Source: a virus
Taxonomy: Duplodnaviria > Caudoviricetes
DNA length: 57,482 bases
IMG/VR virus record: IMGVR_UViG_3300003690_002946
Coordinates: 1 to 57,482 of that record
Strand: one strand, 5' to 3'
Below are positions 54,680 to 57,482 of the stretch, in pieces. The notes beneath the pieces are model-generated. The model was not told the DNA's origin. It did not search any database and worked only from the letters and a program-made list of their open reading frames with translations. The position numbers were made by a program, and so were the translations under genes. Position 1 is the first letter of the stretch. Each line of letters opens with the position of its first letter.

Positions 54680-55389
54680 CCGCAGCAATTGCAGTCCGGG
54701 ACGGACGGACACAGATTAACATCCCTGGCGAGGTAGTCGCGGCTGGCTGGCTGCCTCCATCGGTCCCGTTGACGTGGGAGGATTGGCTGGCCACGTTGAC
54801 ATTCGCCCGGCGCCTGGATTCGTCGTTGAAGTGGGTGCTGGGGGATTTAATGCTCTACGGCGATGGATTGTTTGGCGAGAACCATATACAGGCAGTGGAT
54901 GGGCTATCAGCCGCAACGCTCATGGAGGTGGTGCGGGTGGCTGGATCATACGAGCACGACGAGCGGTTTGCCGAGCTATCCTTTGAGCACCACAGGGAGG
55001 TGGCGCATTTCCCGCGCGTAGAGCGGGCAGCGCTGCTGCTGGCCGCATCCACTGGCGAGCAGTCACGCGCGGTTCTGAGGCAAGAAGCGCACCCGGTTGC
55101 CGACCGTCTCGGACTCCCTCGTCGTGGTCCTGGCCCGGTGCGGCACGTGGCTCCAGCGGTAGAGACTCAAGCTCTTGAGGCCAATGTGGTGGCGGCGACT
55201 CGCGGCGAGGCACGGCTGGAAGCGTTGGCTGCATGGTGCCATGCTGCATGGTCCCGACGTCTGGGGGAGGTCGGTGTCTGGCGGCGCACAATGGGGTTGC
55301 CCTACGCAGACCTTCCCAGCGCCGAACGGGACGCAGCACGTGGGGAGGCGGCGCAGATACTCGCGGCGCTGGAGGGGCTGGGGGAATGA
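54676..55389 (+). CDS. LmbU-like DNA-binding protein
   Basis: WVLGD...YG...FGE, R..ELSFEHHREVA. Confidence 0.65.
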   Translation: MTAAIAVRDGRTQINIPGEVVAAGWLPPSVPLTWEDWLATLTFARRLDSSLKWVLGDLMLYGDGLFGENHIQAVDGLSAATLMEVVRVAGSYEHDERFAELSFEHHREVAHFPRVERAALLLAASTGEQSRAVLRQEAHPVADRLGLPRRGPGPVRHVAPAVETQALEANVVAATRGEARLEALAAWCHAAWSRRLGEVGVWRRTMGLPYADLPSAERDAARGEAAQILAALEGLGE

Positions 55390-55583
55390 TTGAAGAATTG
55401 AAGGACGGTCGTTACACGGTAGAGAGTGCATCCCGGCCGGGGGAGTACCACATGATCGAACGGGTGGCTGGCCGGGTGGTATGTTCGTGCGAAAGCTATT
55501 GGTTTCGTGATGGCCCAGCAGGAAAGCCGTGCAAGCACATGAAAGCCTTGGGGGAGTGGCTGGTGCTGCGGCGTGTGGGCTAG
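55386..55583 (+). CDS. SWIM zinc-finger protein
   Basis: CSC...PCKH. Confidence 0.8.
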   Translation: MIEELKDGRYTVESASRPGEYHMIERVAGRVVCSCESYWFRDGPAGKPCKHMKALGEWLVLRRVG

Positions 55584-55588
55584 AACGC

Positions 55589-55618
55589 AAAACTCCCCCG
55601 GCATTGACGCCGGGGGAG
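55589..55618 (-). terminator. Intrinsic terminator for leftward early genes
   Basis: 10-bp GC stem followed by TTTT on the minus strand, between convergent genes. Confidence 0.7.
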
Positions 55619-55629
55619 GTGGTCCTCGT

Positions 55630-55824
55630 CTAGGTTCGCGGCGGCTTGTAGCCCAGTGGCCGCCCCCACGGTCGGTGCGCCACGGCTGCGAGGTCTGCCG
55701 GGTCAATCATGTACTCCCTCCCCAGCCGGGTGGCTTTGAGCCGTCCGGCCACTATCAGCTGCACCACCCGACGCGCGGTCACTCCCAGTAGCTGGCCAGC
55801 CTCAGATGTATTGAGTATGTTCAT
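55630..55824 (-). CDS. Excisionase-like HTH (HTH_17) protein
   Basis: LNTSEAGQLLGVT.RRV..LI..GRL.A.R.G. Confidence 0.82.
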   Translation of the reverse strand: MNILNTSEAGQLLGVTARRVVQLIVAGRLKATRLGREYMIDPADLAAVAHRPWGRPLGYKPPRT

Positions 55825-56120
55825 GCGCTCTCCTCATCGGCGTGCATCAGCCAGGACCATATGCCATCATCCACCGACCACGCATCGCCCCAGTCTGCGT
55901 CTGCTCCCCAAGCCACCCCCATGCGGGCAGCGTCGGGCAGGTACAGCGCATCGGCCGTCTCAGCCGCCACCTCCCCGCTTGCGTCTCGTATGGTCACGGT
56001 ATACGCCTCAGGGTGGTCAAGCCCCAGAATCTTGTGTGTGAGTGCCTCCTCCCTCAGGTCCGTGGCCGCGATTTTGTCAAGCTCGATCTGCTCGTAGCGA
56101 TACGTGGTTGCGATAGTCAT
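55821..56120 (-). CDS. Hypothetical acidic protein
   Basis: AAGGAG SD before ATG 56120. Confidence 0.65.
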   Translation of the reverse strand: MTIATTYRYEQIELDKIAATDLREEALTHKILGLDHPEAYTVTIRDASGEVAAETADALYLPDAARMGVAWGADADWGDAWSVDDGIWSWLMHADEESA

Positions 56121-56329
56121 GGTGTATCTCCTTTTGCAGCAGTGAGGGCGGGCAGGATGATGATTTCTGCTGCCCTCCCCTCGTCGTGGCAGGCTGTATG
56201 CGGGCGGGTGCATGTCGAGCGATAGTGCGGGCCGGCGACGTTGTTGAGACTGACCCCTGTGATGATGTGTATGTGCCCGCACGGGTACTCGATCCGGGCA
56301 CCGATAGATAGCCGTTGCTTAGTGGTCAT
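56117..56329 (-). CDS. Hypothetical protein
   Basis: ATGA coupling. Confidence 0.5.
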   Translation of the reverse strand: MTTKQRLSIGARIEYPCGHIHIITGVSLNNVAGPHYRSTCTRPHTACHDEGRAAEIIILPALTAAKGDTP

Positions 56330-56493
56330 CGTGACTCCCCCTCCAGCGGACTCAGTCCTAGCGCTTCCTCGTACGTACCAACGAAGCCCGCTATGAATGC
56401 CTTTGCGTCCCCCTCAGTCATCCAAGTGTACTGCTTTCTTACCGCTACAATGACTCTCGCCCGTGCTGCTGCCCGTTGCGTCTTGCTGCTCAT
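56326..56493 (-). CDS. Hypothetical protein
   Basis: AGGAGGT SD. Confidence 0.6.
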   Translation of the reverse strand: MSSKTQRAAARARVIVAVRKQYTWMTEGDAKAFIAGFVGTYEEALGLSPLEGESR

Positions 56494-56789
56494 GCCACCT
56501 CCTTTACACCGTACTTGCTCATAGTCTGGCGGCGAGCTTGCGCTAGGATCATCGAGTCCCGTGCGAACCACAGCGTATCGTGCAGTTCCCTCGTGGTGCG
56601 CGTTGCGTTCCCCAGCGGGTAGTGAATAACCCCCTCATCGTTCAATATTTGCTCGATAACCCAGCGGCCGTGCTGCTGGGCTAGTTGCATCCCCCCTGCG
56701 TCGTCGTAGCTATCGGCAACGTGTGCGCCGATAGCCGCCACCCATCCCCTGAATGCTCCATCTAGGTCGCTTTTGGTGATGCGTTCCAT
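56490..56789 (-). CDS. Hypothetical protein
   Basis: AAGGAG SD. Confidence 0.65.
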   Translation of the reverse strand: MERITKSDLDGAFRGWVAAIGAHVADSYDDAGGMQLAQQHGRWVIEQILNDEGVIHYPLGNATRTTRELHDTLWFARDSMILAQARRQTMSKYGVKEVA

Positions 56790-56872
56790 CGGGCCATCTC
56801 CTTGCTGTGAGCAGAGCACGTCTCATACTCACCCGGACCGGCACCCGTGGCGCAGGTGCCGGCGGCGGGTGG

Positions 56873-57160
56873 TTACGAGTCGTCCAGGAACGAGTCGGCC
56901 ACGGCTGGCCAATCCACACGCCACAATGAGCCAATCTCGCCGAACATCATGGCAAGGGCGCTGTGCCCATATTCGCTGTGCAAAGTTTCGACCCATTGCT
57001 CAAAGGCGTCAGCCCGCTGGTGCGAGTAGTCGTAGTCCTGGGCCGCCAGGTCGGTAGCTTCGAGGTATAGCCCCTCGTCGTTGCTGAGGTGCAGGGCTGT
57101 GGCCCATGTCTCGCGGTTGGCCCAACCTTGGTATGTGTCTGTGCTGGGGAATGTATTCAT
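56873..57160 (-). CDS. Conserved phage hypothetical protein (Y.GW.N.ETW family)
   Basis: YQGWANRETW...NDEGLY...VDW. Confidence 0.7.
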   Translation of the reverse strand: MNTFPSTDTYQGWANRETWATALHLSNDEGLYLEATDLAAQDYDYSHQRADAFEQWVETLHSEYGHSALAMMFGEIGSLWRVDWPAVADSFLDDS

Positions 57161-57435
57161 CGTGCCATCTCCTTAGTTGCGAGGGAGCGAGCATAGTCGA
57201 ATAGGGCATGGCGCTCATCGGAGAAGTGCTGCTGCTCCGCTTTGGTGCGAGCGACTTGCGCCTGAACGCCACGCAGGGCGGCGGCTGTGGTAAGCCCTGC
57301 CACGGCATGAGTGCGATGGATGATATATAACTCCGGGGATGCTGCGTTGTGCATCTCGGTCTCCTGGGCTTTGCCTCCGGCGTGCGAGCGGTCGTACTGT
57401 ATGGCCAACCACTTGGCTATGCTCTGCCGTGCCAT
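57157..57435 (-). CDS. Hypothetical protein
   Basis: AAGGAG SD; ATGA coupling. Confidence 0.6.
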   Translation of the reverse strand: MARQSIAKWLAIQYDRSHAGGKAQETEMHNAASPELYIIHRTHAVAGLTTAAALRGVQAQVARTKAEQQHFSDERHALFDYARSLATKEMAR

Positions 57436-57482
57436 CGTGCTAGCTCCTTATCCCATTGGATGCCGGCCATTCGGCCGGTGCA

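Noticed and set aside
55630-55824. Evidence of an integration module
   Set aside because: An excisionase-like HTH alone is insufficient; no integrase in the window, so lifestyle is undetermined
57420-57482. Circular or terminally repeated genome ends
   Set aside because: No terminal repeat with position 1 is visible; completeness cannot be shown

Overview
This looks like most of a ~57 kb tailed-phage genome with podovirus-like organisation: terminase, portal, large ejection proteins and no tape measure protein. The host is probably monoderm, judging by the amidase, family-4 holin, M23 peptidase and lack of recognisable spanins. No integrase, tRNA or CRISPR array was seen. Layout: methyltransferase and regulators (1-2.5 kb); an ~18 kb co-oriented glycan operon (2.5-20.45 kb); packaging, head and ejection genes rich in Pro/Thr repeats, with another glycosyltransferase beside the capsid gene (20.5-44.5 kb); lysis and an ECF sigma factor (44.5-47.1 kb); a divergent switch, helicase, origin-like repeats, DNA methyltransferase and nucleases (47.5-55.6 kb); and small leftward early genes. 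The main finding is an apparently complete phage-encoded pseudaminic-acid-type nonulosonate pathway (PseB, class III aminotransferase, two formyltransferases, PIG-L deacetylase, PseG, PseI/NeuB, CMP-transferase). It comes with about nine glycosyltransferase domains and three methylases, suggesting a virion or host-surface glycan coat. Other signals are a C4/CI-like antisense RNA switch before the replication operon, three small +1-frame ORFs nested in glycosyltransferase genes, a palindromic twin promoter, and short sequences copied between distant genes. All calls come from motif recognition by eye; no database searches were run.
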